Source: Planctomycetota bacterium (GTDB lineage Bacteria > Planctomycetota > JAJSAM01 > JAJVHW01). Taken from it: a DNA stretch of 64,000 nucleotides. Below, piece after piece: positions 31,496 to 42,868 of this stretch. Location: NCBI GenBank assembly GCA_965248445.1, contig CBDFJG010000004.1:512001-576000 (forward strand). The letters run 5' to 3'. The position numbers were made by a program, and so were the translations under genes. The notes below the pieces were generated by a model, which made no database searches, was not told the DNA's origin, and saw only the letters and a program-made list of their open reading frames with translations. The stretch's first letter is position 1; every line of letters starts with the position of its first letter.

Positions 31496-32749
31496 CTACA
31501 CCTCTCGGCGCCGGTAGATGATCCGAGCCGTGCGACCGAACGTGACGTAGTTCCATGCCCATTGGAAGAGCACCAGGACGCGGTTGGAGAAGGTGACCAG
31601 CCAGATCAGGTGGACGAAGAGCCAGGCGAGCCATGCGGGAAAGCCGCGTAGACGGATCCACCTCAGGTCGGCGACGCCAGCCATGCGACCGATCGCGGCC
31701 ATGTCGCCCAGGTCGCGGTACCGGAAGCTCGGTGCTGGCAGGGCGCGCAGGCGCCTGCGCATCACACGCGCCGCGTGTCTCCCCTGCTGGATCGCGACGG
31801 GCGCCACTCCCGGGAGAGGTGTTCCGTCTGCACCGACGCAGCGCGCCAGGTCTCCGAGTACGAACACCTCGGGGTGACTCGCGAGCGTCAGATCGGGCTC
31901 GACGGGGACACGGCCGAGTGGATCGACGTCAGCGCCTGCTGCGGCAGCGAGGGCGGCCCCGAGCGGCGACGCGCAGACGCCCGCGGCCCAGAGAACGGTG
32001 TGCGCAGGGAACTCCTCCGCACCGCCCTCGCCCTGCAGTTGCACCGACGCTTCGGATACGTCCGTGACGAGCGTCTTCGTGCGCACTTCGACTCCTAGCC
32101 GCGCGAGAGACCCTTGCGCGGCATCGGAGAGATCGGGGGCCAAGTTCCCGAGCACGCGCTCGCCCGCCTCGACGAGAACGACGCGGGCTGCACCCGGGTC
32201 GATCCGCCGGAACTCGTGGCGCAGGGTGTAGCGAGCCACCTCGGCGAGTGTGCCCGCGAGTTCCACGCCGGTCGGACCCCCGCCGACGACGACGAACGTG
32301 AGCCACGCACGGACAGCCTCCGGGGCGGTCTCGCGTTCAGCACGCTCGAATGCCCCCAACACGCGGCCGCGAATCGACGCGGCGTCCTCGAGGGTCTTGA
32401 GTCCTGGCGCGTGTTCGGCCCACTCCGGGTGGTCGAAGTAGTGGTTACACATCCCAGTGGCGACGGCGAGTGCGTCGTAGCCGACGCTCCCATCGCGCAG
32501 GAGTACGCGACGGTTCTCCAAGTCGAAGTCCACGACGTCGGCCATCAGGACGCTGGCGTTCGCTTGCCTTCTCAGAATGCTGCGCAGCGGCGCCGCGATG
32601 TTCGGCGAGGAGAGCCCTCCGGTCGCGACCTGATAGAGCAGCGGCTGGAAGAGGTGGTAGTTCGTTCGGTCGAGGAGCGTGACACGCACCGGAGCGCGCC
32701 GCAAGGCGCGGGTCAGAGACAGACCGGCGAAGCCGCCTCCCACCACCAC
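31496..32749 (-). CDS. ndh: Type II NADH dehydrogenase (start uncertain)
   Basis: VVVGGGFAG, NYHLFQPLLYQVATG, VGGGPTGVELAG, WAAG, VAPVAIQQG, AWLAWLFVH. No in-frame ATG just upstream of the domain. Confidence 0.88.
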   Translation of the reverse strand: MVVGGGFAGLSLTRALRRAPVRVTLLDRTNYHLFQPLLYQVATGGLSSPNIAAPLRSILRRQANASVLMADVVDFDLENRRVLLRDGSVGYDALAVATGMCNHYFDHPEWAEHAPGLKTLEDAASIRGRVLGAFERAERETAPEAVRAWLTFVVVGGGPTGVELAGTLAEVARYTLRHEFRRIDPGAARVVLVEAGERVLGNLAPDLSDAAQGSLARLGVEVRTKTLVTDVSEASVQLQGEGGAEEFPAHTVLWAAGVCASPLGAALAAAAGADVDPLGRVPVEPDLTLASHPEVFVLGDLARCVGADGTPLPGVAPVAIQQGRHAARVMRRRLRALPAPSFRYRDLGDMAAIGRMAGVADLRWIRLRGFPAWLAWLFVHLIWLVTFSNRVLVLFQWAWNYVTFGRTARIIYRRREV

Positions 32750-33168
32750 GACATGGTACGGCTCGCCGCTGGACGGGGCGCCGCCGGCGCTCTGGTCATG
32801 CTCGTCGGGTGGCGGCCGGACATGTGGGATGGAGCCCTCCTCGCAACAAAGAGGCGTGCTTCGCCAACCGATCGTCCCAGCGCCTGCCCGTGCAACAAGT
32901 GTACGCGAGTACCGAGAACGGTGATAACCCTCCGCCCCTCTTCGCCGTTGGTGAACAGCGGCTCCCGGCGCTAGCGTTGGCGCGCGGATGTGGCTCGCCG
33001 CTTCGGCGGCTCGGACACCGTTGAAACCGAGTCGCGAGTCCTCGCTCCTGAGGACTCTCCATGCTCGCTCCAAGCCCGGACTCCCGCGACGATCGCCGAC
33101 GTCCGGCCAACAACTGCGCCGACGAACCGGTGCACTATGATGCGGCGAGGAACGCGCGGAGGAGCCCG

Positions 33169-33381
33169 ATGAGTCAGACATACACCGCAGTCGTCAAGCA
33201 GACCGGTGACTGGTGGATCGGGTGGATCGAGGAGGTGCCGGGCGTCAACTGCCAGGAACGCACGCGCGAGGCACTCGAGAAAACGCTTCGGGTCACGCTG
33301 ACCGAGGCCCTCGAGAACAACCGGCAGGAGGCCCGCGACGCCGCCGGATCCGACTACGAGGAGATGCCGATCGCCGTATGA
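33169..33381 (+). CDS. hicB: HicB-family antitoxin
   Basis: YTAVVKQTGDWWIGWIEEVPGVNCQERTREAL; GGAGGAG RBS. Confidence 0.85.
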   Translation: MSQTYTAVVKQTGDWWIGWIEEVPGVNCQERTREALEKTLRVTLTEALENNRQEARDAAGSDYEEMPIAV

Positions 33382-33569
33382 AGCGGCGCGACCTCTTGCG
33401 CCATCTGCGTGCGCACGGCTGCACGCTCGTGCGCGAGGGCGCTCGCCACTCCTGGTGGCAGAACGGCGCGTGCGACCGGCGCAGCGCCATCTCTCGCCAC
33501 CGCGAGATCCAGGAGGTGCTCGCGCGGAAGATCTGCCGCGACCTCGGCGTCGAACAGCCGCGCGTGTAG
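33378..33569 (+). CDS. hicA: HicA-family mRNA interferase toxin
   Basis: MKRRDLLRHL..HGC..VREGARHSWW.N...RHREI...LARKICRDLG; ATGA overlap with hicB. Confidence 0.88.
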   Translation: MKRRDLLRHLRAHGCTLVREGARHSWWQNGACDRRSAISRHREIQEVLARKICRDLGVEQPRV

Positions 33570-33596
33570 TTGTTCCACAGACCACAGAGCTGAACG

Positions 33597-33816
33597 TAAG
33601 GCACACACCCTGCGGACCGAGCGCGTGCCCGGTCGTCGTAACTACTGCCCGGCAACATCTCCGGCTCCAGATCGCCGCCGAGGCCGTCCGCGATTCTATT
33701 GATGTAGTTGGTGCGCCCTAAGCCCCACGGGATCCCACACGATCCAAGGCCATCGAGCGCAAACCCCACTCGAGCCAACTGGAAGTGGGTTTCCTTACGG
33801 CACACATGAGGCACAC
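33597..33816. mobile_element. att-like junction 4 (half left arm 33597-33606, core 33656-33710, right arm 33796-33816)
   Basis: Core encodes NYINRIADGLGGDLEPEM; arm TACGGCACACATGAGGCACAC 85 bp after the core. Confidence 0.87.
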
Positions 33817-33907
33817 AGCGCGACCGCGTGCTCCGGGAACGCGGCGGCTTCCGCGCGCCGCGAGCAGCCCCGCCTGACGGCGCGGGTAGTGGTTACGTGG
33901 TGAAGCG

Positions 33908-36175
<2,268 letters not shown>

Positions 36176-36495
36176 CTGGCGGCGCAGGTCCTGCGGGCGT
36201 GAAGGCTCCCGCCGCGGCGGCCGCGACGGCCTCCGTTTCGCCGGGCGTCGCCGCCCGCGTCATCACGCTCATCCGCCCGAACGCCGATCGATTGGCCATG
36301 GTGCTGCCTCCCGCGGAACCGGGGAGGAGACTACCCGTCCGGAAGCGATGTAACCCCGGGGGCTCTCGGGAGTCCTTACTCCTGACGCCGTCGACCGGGC
36401 GGCGCTCGTAACCAAGCGAGGTGGAGTAGCAGGTCGCATGCGGAGACGCTGATGAACTGGCGCTCACACCACGACGCGGCGCGCGCTCCAATCCC

Positions 36496-36633
36496 TAAGG
36501 CACACATAGGGCACACGGAACGCGCCTGCCGTCTCAGTTCCCCGGTGACGCGCTCGGCGTAAGTCCTTACTGCAGCTTCATCTCCGGCTCGAGGTCGACA
36601 CCCAGACCGTCCGCTATTCTATTAATGTAGTTG
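36496..36633. mobile_element. att-like junction 5 overlapping the 3' end of the intact AhpD/CMD gene (arm 36496-36516, core 36579-36633)
   Basis: Perfect arm 62 bp beyond the core; the core is in frame with the gene. Confidence 0.88.
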
Positions 36634-37154
36634 AAGTAGCTGATGACCTGGGCGGCGTCGTGGATCGCAGTGTCGTTGAATCCGGCGGCGCGGAGGGTGT
36701 CGACGTCGGCCTGTCCGCACGCTGCCGGTGAGCGCGTGAGCTTCTCGGCATAGACGCAGAGGGCCGTGTCCTGCGCGTCGAGGCCGGCGGTGTGCCAGTC
36801 CGTCTTGAGTGCTGTGGTGATGCGCGCGACCTCGTCCTTGTCCTGCTTCGTGACCCTCTCCAACTCGCCGATAGCCTCCGCACGGAAGGCCATGCCGTGG
36901 GCCTCGTATCAATAGAAGCAGTCGTTCGCGCGGGAGACGACGGTCGCCATCATCTCGCGCTGCCGGCGGCTGAGGGGCGAGGGTCCGAACATCGCCGCCT
37001 TGTAGAGGCTCATCGATCCTTCCATCACGGGAGCGTTGAGCGACATCAGGCGGACGATGCCCCACACCTTGCCGGCGCGCTCCAGCGCCTCGTCGAACAT
37101 GCGCTTGAGCAGCCCGGTCGCTTCGTCGTTCTGGATCTGTCGGATATAGGCCAT
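36567..37154 (-). CDS. AhpD/CMD-family peroxidase-related selenoprotein (195 aa; UGA at 36909-36911 read as Sec)
   Basis: ORFs 36909..37154 and 36567..36893 are in the same frame, joined by TGC TTC TAT TGA TAC GAG GCC CAC (C-F-Y-U-Y-E-A-H) at the CxxCxxxH active site; LSRRQREMMATVVSRAN and YFNYINRIADGLG family motifs. Confidence 0.88.
36871..36893 (-). promoter_or_regulatory. Candidate bacterial SECIS hairpin
   Basis: AUGGCCU(U)CC-GUGC-GGAGGCUAU starts 15 nt after the UGA: 9-bp stem, bulged U, apical loop G at +26. Confidence 0.6.
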
Positions 37155-37222
37155 GCGGGCAGGCTAGTTGAAGCGACGAGGCGCCCCGGTCGAGGAATCA
37201 GGTTGGACCTCTCGCGCAACGC

Positions 37223-37822
37223 TTGATCCGGCAACTCACCGCTCTCGCCCTCGTCTCCACGCTCACCGCGTGCGCTTCGGCCGGAGGTTTGGGCTTTCTC
37301 GGCGGCGGGTACTCGGTACGGAGGGGAACCGAGCGAGCGCGCTACGACATACAGGGCAACACCTTCGACGAGATCCGTAGAGAGCTCTCTTCGAAGGGAC
37401 GCCACGGGTTCCACGGCTGGATGGAGTGGCAGGTGCGGTGGGACTACCGCACCTCGGGGATCGCCGGACGCGGTTGCAGCGTGACCGGCTTCCGCACGGA
37501 CCTGAGAGTGCGGATCACGACACCCCGGCTCGTCGGCGCGCACTCGAAGCAGCCCGCACTGCGGGAGGAGTGGCTGCGCTACGAACGCGCGCTCAGCCAT
37601 CACGAAGACGGTCACGCCGCCATCGCGGCCGAGGCCGCAGAGGAGATGGAGCAGCGCGTGCAGTCGCTCAGGGCGACGACGGGGAGCTGCGCTGGGCTCG
37701 GGACGCGCATCGACCAGATCTGTCACGAGGTGCTCGCCGAGTACCGCAGGCGGGACCAGCAGTACGAGCGCGAGACCGGGCACGGGCGCACGCAGGGCGC
37801 GCTGTTCGGTCTCAGCCGGTAG
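37223..37822 (+). CDS. DUF922 predicted secreted Zn-dependent protease (lipoprotein-like)
   Basis: LTAC lipobox; YDIQG; HHEDGH metal motif; YERETGHGRTQG. Confidence 0.8.
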   Translation: MIRQLTALALVSTLTACASAGGLGFLGGGYSVRRGTERARYDIQGNTFDEIRRELSSKGRHGFHGWMEWQVRWDYRTSGIAGRGCSVTGFRTDLRVRITTPRLVGAHSKQPALREEWLRYERALSHHEDGHAAIAAEAAEEMEQRVQSLRATTGSCAGLGTRIDQICHEVLAEYRRRDQQYERETGHGRTQGALFGLSR

Positions 37823-38873
37823 CCGCCACGAACGCAGCGAGCAGCGCGTCCGCCTCGGCGTCCTCGGAGTGATGCCCGCGCACGTACTCGCACGCGGCTC
37901 GCCCCATCTGCTCTCGTGTCTCCGGGTGACGGGCTAGGACCGACAGGTAGCCGACGAGCGCCTGCACGTCGTGCACGCGGGCACCCGACTCCGATGTCGC
38001 TACCGGGTAGAGAGCACCGCGCGATCCGTCCCGTGAGAGGAATGCCGCGTTGCCCGGCACGTCCGACGCGACGACCGCGCAGCGGTGCGCCATCGCCTCG
38101 AGCACAGCGTTGCTGCCGCCCTCCGCGTCGCTCGTGTTGAGGACGATGTCGGCGGACGCGTAGATCTCGCCCATCTCTTTGTGCGGCACCGCTCCGTGCA
38201 GGATCGCGGCCCACGCGTCTTCGCCTCCCGCCAGCTCTGCGAGACGCGTGTTCTCGGCGGCGTCACGCACCTCCCCGACGACCACGAGTCGCGCGGGGCG
38301 CCCCTCGGCCCGGACCCCCGCCGCGGCGTGCATGGCGACGTCGAGTCGCTTCACCGGGCGCACGTTCGCCACCACCAGGAGGATCGTCTCGTGCGGTTCG
38401 CTGTCCACCGCGAGATCGTGTTGCACCTCGGGGATCGACACCGACTTGGGCACGACCGCCACGAGCCGCGCGCTGGGTGCGAGGGCGCGGGCGACCTCCA
38501 CCTCGTCGTCGTGTCCGCAGAGCACGGCGCTCGCCCGCGCGAGCGCGTTCTCCACGAGCGGGCGCCGCTCGGGGTTCTGCAGGTCGAGCGAGATGTCCGT
38601 TCCAGTCAGCACGACGACCAGCGGCACGCCGAGTTGCTGCGACAGCGCCACGCCGCGCGGGCCGCAGCGGCGCGCGTGGTAGGCGACGACCACATCCGCT
38701 GCCAAGTGGAGCGGCGCGTCCGACGGGACGTCGTCGGGCCGCAGGATCTCCACCGCAACGCCGCGTGCGCGCAGCAGTCGGGCGTGACGCTGGACGCTGA
38801 TCTCGTTGCCGGTACGCGCACCCGCGCGGTTGGGAACGACAAGGAGAACGTGAGCTATCGGGGCTCTGCTCAC
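37812..38873 (-). CDS. GT4 glycosyltransferase, SenB/GLT1D1-like
   Basis: TGNEISVQRHAR, YHARR, VLTGTD, RPVK, NTSDAEGGSNAVLEAM, SDVPGN. Confidence 0.8.
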   Translation of the reverse strand: MSRAPIAHVLLVVPNRAGARTGNEISVQRHARLLRARGVAVEILRPDDVPSDAPLHLAADVVVAYHARRCGPRGVALSQQLGVPLVVVLTGTDISLDLQNPERRPLVENALARASAVLCGHDDEVEVARALAPSARLVAVVPKSVSIPEVQHDLAVDSEPHETILLVVANVRPVKRLDVAMHAAAGVRAEGRPARLVVVGEVRDAAENTRLAELAGGEDAWAAILHGAVPHKEMGEIYASADIVLNTSDAEGGSNAVLEAMAHRCAVVASDVPGNAAFLSRDGSRGALYPVATSESGARVHDVQALVGYLSVLARHPETREQMGRAACEYVRGHHSEDAEADALLAAFVAATG

Positions 38874-38877
38874 GCGC

Positions 38878-39339
38878 TCAGCAGCATCCGCCGCTGCCGC
38901 ACCCGCCACCACCGCCGTGCTGGTGGCCGTCGTCGGGCGCGCCCGATCCCTCACCACACTGGCCATCGCCACACGCGCCGCTGTTGCAGGACCCGCCCTC
39001 GGGGCGCGGCACGCTGACCTTGAAGCCCTGCACCTCGGCCGTCTCGACGTAGTCGACCGTCGCTCCGTGCACGTAGGGCAGGCTCTGCGGATCGACGATG
39101 ACGGAGAGATCTCCGACCTTGACCGACGTGTCGCCGTCCTCGGCCTTGTCGAACGCGAGTCCGAACGCCGGGCCGCCGCAGCCACCGCCCGCCACAAACA
39201 GGCGCAGGTTGCGCTCGTCGGCGGCGAGTTCCTCCTGCTCCATCACGGCCAGCACCTTGGCGCGGGCGCCGTCGGTGATGGTCAGGTCGTTGATCGTGGC
39301 CGGAGTCGGGGTCGGTGTAGGTGTGGTCTCGGTCGACAT
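38878..39339 (-). CDS. HesB/IscA-family Fe-S accessory protein with Cys/His/Gly-rich tail
   Basis: LTITDGA, LRLFVAGGGCGGPAFGLAFD, VDPQSLPYVHGATVDYV, GFKV. Confidence 0.85.
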   Translation of the reverse strand: MSTETTPTPTPTPATINDLTITDGARAKVLAVMEQEELAADERNLRLFVAGGGCGGPAFGLAFDKAEDGDTSVKVGDLSVIVDPQSLPYVHGATVDYVETAEVQGFKVSVPRPEGGSCNSGACGDGQCGEGSGAPDDGHQHGGGGGCGSGGCC

Positions 39340-39474
39340 GAAGTCTCCTGCTCGGTGACACTCATCTTATCGGGCACACCGCGTCCGCCGTTCAAACACG
39401 CAGACCGCGCCATCTGCGTCAGCAGATGGGCCAGAAGACAGGGGCGGAGGCCTTCCCGCTACGCCGGGCCAGGC

Positions 39475-39789
39475 TCAGTCCGGACGTGCGCCGGCGCACT
39501 TCCAGCAGGCGTCGAACGACGCGGTGTGCTCCAGGTCGCAGGCCTCGCAGGTCCACTTGCCGCCATTGCGTATCCGCTCCTCGATCGCGGCCAGGAGAGT
39601 CACGGCGCGCTCGCCGTCCTCGTCGCGCACCCAGATCTCCGGGCGCATGTCGCGGGGCACCATCGAGCCGTCGGCCCAGAACGGCTGGTCGCCGCGGACC
39701 TCGGCCGGGATGCCCTCGGACTCGAGCACTCCCTTCACGAGGTGTGCCCGAGAGGGTTCGTCGGCGATGTATATGCGGCGCATGAGCAT
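39475..39789 (-). CDS. DUF2007 domain protein with C-terminal zinc ribbon
   Basis: AHLVKGVLESEGIPAEVRG; WTCEAC...FDACWKC. Confidence 0.8.
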   Translation of the reverse strand: MLMRRIYIADEPSRAHLVKGVLESEGIPAEVRGDQPFWADGSMVPRDMRPEIWVRDEDGERAVTLLAAIEERIRNGGKWTCEACDLEHTASFDACWKCAGARPD

Positions 39790-39808
39790 GATGGTACTCC
39801 ACTGAATT

Positions 39809-39878
39809 TCTGTTCGTCCTCTGACGAAGACGACACGTGGACATCTGTTCGTCCTCTGACGAGGACGAGACGTGTTCA
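39809..39878. repeat. Tandem 2 x 35-bp direct repeat in a divergent intergenic region
   Basis: TCTGTTCGTCCTCTGACGAAGACGACACGTGGACA followed by TCTGTTCGTCCTCTGACGAGGACGAGACGTGTTCA. Confidence 0.85.
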
Positions 39879-39987
39879 ACCGGCACGGGAGCGCGGGAGT
39901 TCGACCCAGGTCCTCTGAGCCAACTCTCCCGAGCTGACCTCCAGCGCTGGGCACGCCCGTGACGATCCCGTGGGGTAGGCTCCTCCC

Positions 39988-41721
39988 GTGCAGATCACCA
40001 CGCTGCTCCGCACTCTCCGCAGGACGGCATCGCTGCGCGACGCCGCATGGGCGACCGCCTGGGCCGCAGCGCTGCTGGTCGTCGAAGTTGTCGGCCGGCA
40101 ATCACCGAGTGAGTGGATGGACGCGTCGCTGCTCGGTTCGCTGATCGTGCTCGGGATGGTCACTCACGGCCGCAACAGCGCTCGCGAGATCACGTGGTGG
40201 AGCGCACTCGCCCGTGGCGTCAAGCGAGCGAGCAAGGCCGTCGAACGGGCGATGTCGCTGAGCGCCGACCTGCGGCCCGATCGTCTGCCGAACGCACTGC
40301 CGATCGGAATGCTCGCGTGGATCGGGACGCTGCTCGTGGCGGTGTACGCGGCGGCATTGTTCGGCGGACCCGCCGCGCTCCGTTCGCTGGCGGGGATCGC
40401 GTACGTCCCGGCGCTCGCGGCGCTCGCGACGATGTGGGCTGCGACGCTCATGTCGTGGGTGATCGTGGGCGGGCTGACGGGCTGGTTCGTGATCGACCTG
40501 ATCGCCGTTCGCCGCGAGAACGGCACGCCGCCGGGGCCGAGGCCGGTGTATCGCGGCACCTGGATACTGGCGGGACCGACTGTCGGCGCCCTGACCTCCG
40601 CCGCCGTCCCGTCGCCGGTCTACGCCGCACTGACGCTGCTCGCCGCACTCGGCCTTCTGCTGGTGCTGCCGTTCCTCACCAACTACGACCAAGTGTCCGC
40701 AGTCACGACCCGCCGCGGCGAGCAGCGCCGGGTGAGTCTGCCGTTCGCGTTCGCGTGCAGCGTCCTGCCGTGGCCTCTGCTGATGGTCACAGCGGCGTTC
40801 GCGATGTCGGGCGTCCAGCGCGCCGACGCCACGGCGGCGGGGCTCGGGTTCTCCGCCCGCGCCGCCACCGCCGGCGCCGCATGTTGGACGACGTTCCTGC
40901 TGCTCGCCGCGTATCACGTGCTGCGCGACGGACTGACTGCCCGGTGGCAGGACGAGACGCGCGAGCCCTCGCGGCGCGTCGCCCTCGACGGTGACCCGGA
41001 GGCCGTCGCCGAGGCGCGCTCGCAGCTCGTCGCCGCCGGGTTCAAGGTCCGTCGCACCGACCGGCCCGAGCGGGGCGAAGTTCGGGTCGTCGTGCACCCG
41101 CCTCTCGATGGAGTGGACGTGGTCTCGATCGTCGAGCGCCGTCACCGCATCCAGCAGCGCCGTCTGATCCGACGCGGTTTGCGCCGCGCGCTCAAGGCCG
41201 CCAGCCGCTTCCGCTACGACAAGGGCCACGGCTACCTGTTGATGCCGCACGTCGCGGTCATGCCGCGCCTGCTCCGCAACGAGAGGGAGGAGGACAGTGC
41301 GTCGCGCGGGATCGGCTGCAGCGAGGACGTTCTCGCGCCCGACTGGGTGAGGCTCATCCCCCCCACCGGGCTGCACCACCTGCGCGAGGTCCTGCTGGCC
41401 ACTGATGTCGACGCGATCTTCCTCGAGGACGGCATCTCCCACCGCAACCTCATGCGCGTGCTCGGGATACTGTACGAGGTCTACGACATGCATGACGGCG
41501 AGCGCCGTGTCATCGACCGCGACTTCGTCGGTCTGGTGCACGTGCGCGTGATCCTGCACGACGTCGGCGGGCAGTCACCGTTCCGGCACAGCGGCTACAG
41601 AGAGCCCGACTACGAGAACGTGGCGCGCGCGCGCATGCTGCACGTCTTCAAGGAACGCGGCGGCGAAGAGGACCGCGTGGAGGCGCCGGCGCCCGGCGAC
41701 CTCGTACCGGTTCTGGCCTAG
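39988..41721 (+). CDS. Hypothetical polytopic membrane protein with soluble C-terminal domain
   Basis: About 8 hydrophobic segments then a conserved-looking soluble domain (YREPDYENVARARMLHVFKERGG). Confidence 0.65.
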   Translation: MQITTLLRTLRRTASLRDAAWATAWAAALLVVEVVGRQSPSEWMDASLLGSLIVLGMVTHGRNSAREITWWSALARGVKRASKAVERAMSLSADLRPDRLPNALPIGMLAWIGTLLVAVYAAALFGGPAALRSLAGIAYVPALAALATMWAATLMSWVIVGGLTGWFVIDLIAVRRENGTPPGPRPVYRGTWILAGPTVGALTSAAVPSPVYAALTLLAALGLLLVLPFLTNYDQVSAVTTRRGEQRRVSLPFAFACSVLPWPLLMVTAAFAMSGVQRADATAAGLGFSARAATAGAACWTTFLLLAAYHVLRDGLTARWQDETREPSRRVALDGDPEAVAEARSQLVAAGFKVRRTDRPERGEVRVVVHPPLDGVDVVSIVERRHRIQQRRLIRRGLRRALKAASRFRYDKGHGYLLMPHVAVMPRLLRNEREEDSASRGIGCSEDVLAPDWVRLIPPTGLHHLREVLLATDVDAIFLEDGISHRNLMRVLGILYEVYDMHDGERRVIDRDFVGLVHVRVILHDVGGQSPFRHSGYREPDYENVARARMLHVFKERGGEEDRVEAPAPGDLVPVLA

Positions 41722-41743
41722 CTTGCCCTGCTAGCATTGCGCT

Positions 41744-41920
41744 GTGCCCGAGGCTCCGGTACCCCGCCCGAAACGCGTGAAGAACGACGGCCAGGCGCTC
41801 TTCGACGACAAAAAGGGCATCGTGCCGATGGCGCTGCGGAGCCTCCCGTGGTCCCTGATACTCGGAATCGTGGTGGTGCTGATCACTGCGGCGACGGCGT
41901 TGCTGTTCAAGTCGCTGTAG
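41744..41920 (+). CDS. Small single-pass membrane protein (58 aa)
   Basis: Own translation from GTG: PEAPVPRPKRVKNDGQALFDDKKGIVPMALRSLPWSLILGIVVVLITAATALLFKSL*. Confidence 0.5.
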   Translation: MPEAPVPRPKRVKNDGQALFDDKKGIVPMALRSLPWSLILGIVVVLITAATALLFKSL

Positions 41921-42100
41921 GGGCGGCCCGCCGCGCCCGCCCGCGAGCAGACTGGTTCGTTCCGGCCTCGCAAGAGCCGACGCCCAGCAGCTCGCCGAAG
42001 GCGCACGGTCTCGTCCTCTCGCTTCAGCCGGTGCGCTCCGCGCACGATGCACGGGCGGGCCAGCGGCCCGCCCCTACAGGTCATCGCAGTTGGGGTCGCG

Positions 42101-42868
42101 TCACCGCCTGGGCGGGAGCTGGAAGCCGGGCGGGAGCGGCGGCCACGTGCCGGTGCTCGCCGAGGCCGTGGGTGGTGCAGCCTGTGCGGGGGGCGGACTG
42201 GGAGGCGCGGACGGCAACGAGGCGCCGCCGGGCAGCGGCGGTGCCGGCGGCTTGGGCGCACTCGGCGGCAACTTGAAGCCGCCCGGGAGCTTCGGCGCAG
42301 GTGGTCCGCCGGCCCTCTTCGCGGGAGCGGCCGATGGCGCCGCGGCGGGAGCACCGAGGCCCTTGACCTTCACCGCGGTGACCGCGCGATGCGTCGCGCG
42401 CCGTGCATCCCGCCCCGCCGCTCGGCTCTTCGCCGCGGGGGCGAGCCGCTTGGCGTGGTCGCGCTTCGCGAGCAGCAGGGACTCGAACGTGGCGGCGAGC
42501 TCGACGTCGTCGTCAGGGAGCCGTGCCACCAGCGCCTCGACGCGGGCGACCTCGCCCTCCGCCTCCTCCGCGGCACGGATGACGAGCCACTCGAGCGAGA
42601 GGTAGTTCAGGTCTTCCTTCCACAGCCGGAACGCGCGCAGCGTCGGGCCGGCGCGGTATCGCCCGAGCTGCACCAGCAATGCGCGGGTCAGCGCGTTCTC
42701 TTCGTCGCGGATGTCCTCGAGCAGCTGAAGGTCGCCCTCCCACTCGGACTTCACGTACGGGTTCGACCCAAGTGCGTGACCGACGAACGAGTGGTACTCC
42801 GCGGAGATGGCGGCGTTCAGCAGGTCGATGATCCCGCGGCGCGTCATCTTCTCGCTCGTGGCGCTCAT
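42101..42868 (-). CDS. Ferritin-like domain protein with Pro/Ala-rich tail, last gene of the nuo operon
   Basis: ATGA overlap with nuoN; LLNAAISAEY..SNPY...DLNYLSLEW...KRDHAKRL four-helix pattern. Confidence 0.65.
   Translation of the reverse strand: MSATSEKMTRRGIIDLLNAAISAEYHSFVGHALGSNPYVKSEWEGDLQLLEDIRDEENALTRALLVQLGRYRAGPTLRAFRLWKEDLNYLSLEWLVIRAAEEAEGEVARVEALVARLPDDDVELAATFESLLLAKRDHAKRLAPAAKSRAAGRDARRATHRAVTAVKVKGLGAPAAAPSAAPAKRAGGPPAPKLPGGFKLPPSAPKPPAPPLPGGASLPSAPPSPPPAQAAPPTASASTGTWPPLPPGFQLPPRR

Noticed and set aside
36567..37154. Two separate genes or a nonsense pseudogene
   Set aside because: The stop is TGA exactly at the catalytic Cys position, the frame is continuous and a SECIS-like hairpin follows.
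38878..39339. HesB-like selenoprotein
   Set aside because: The GGxGG position is TGC (Cys); no in-frame TGA.
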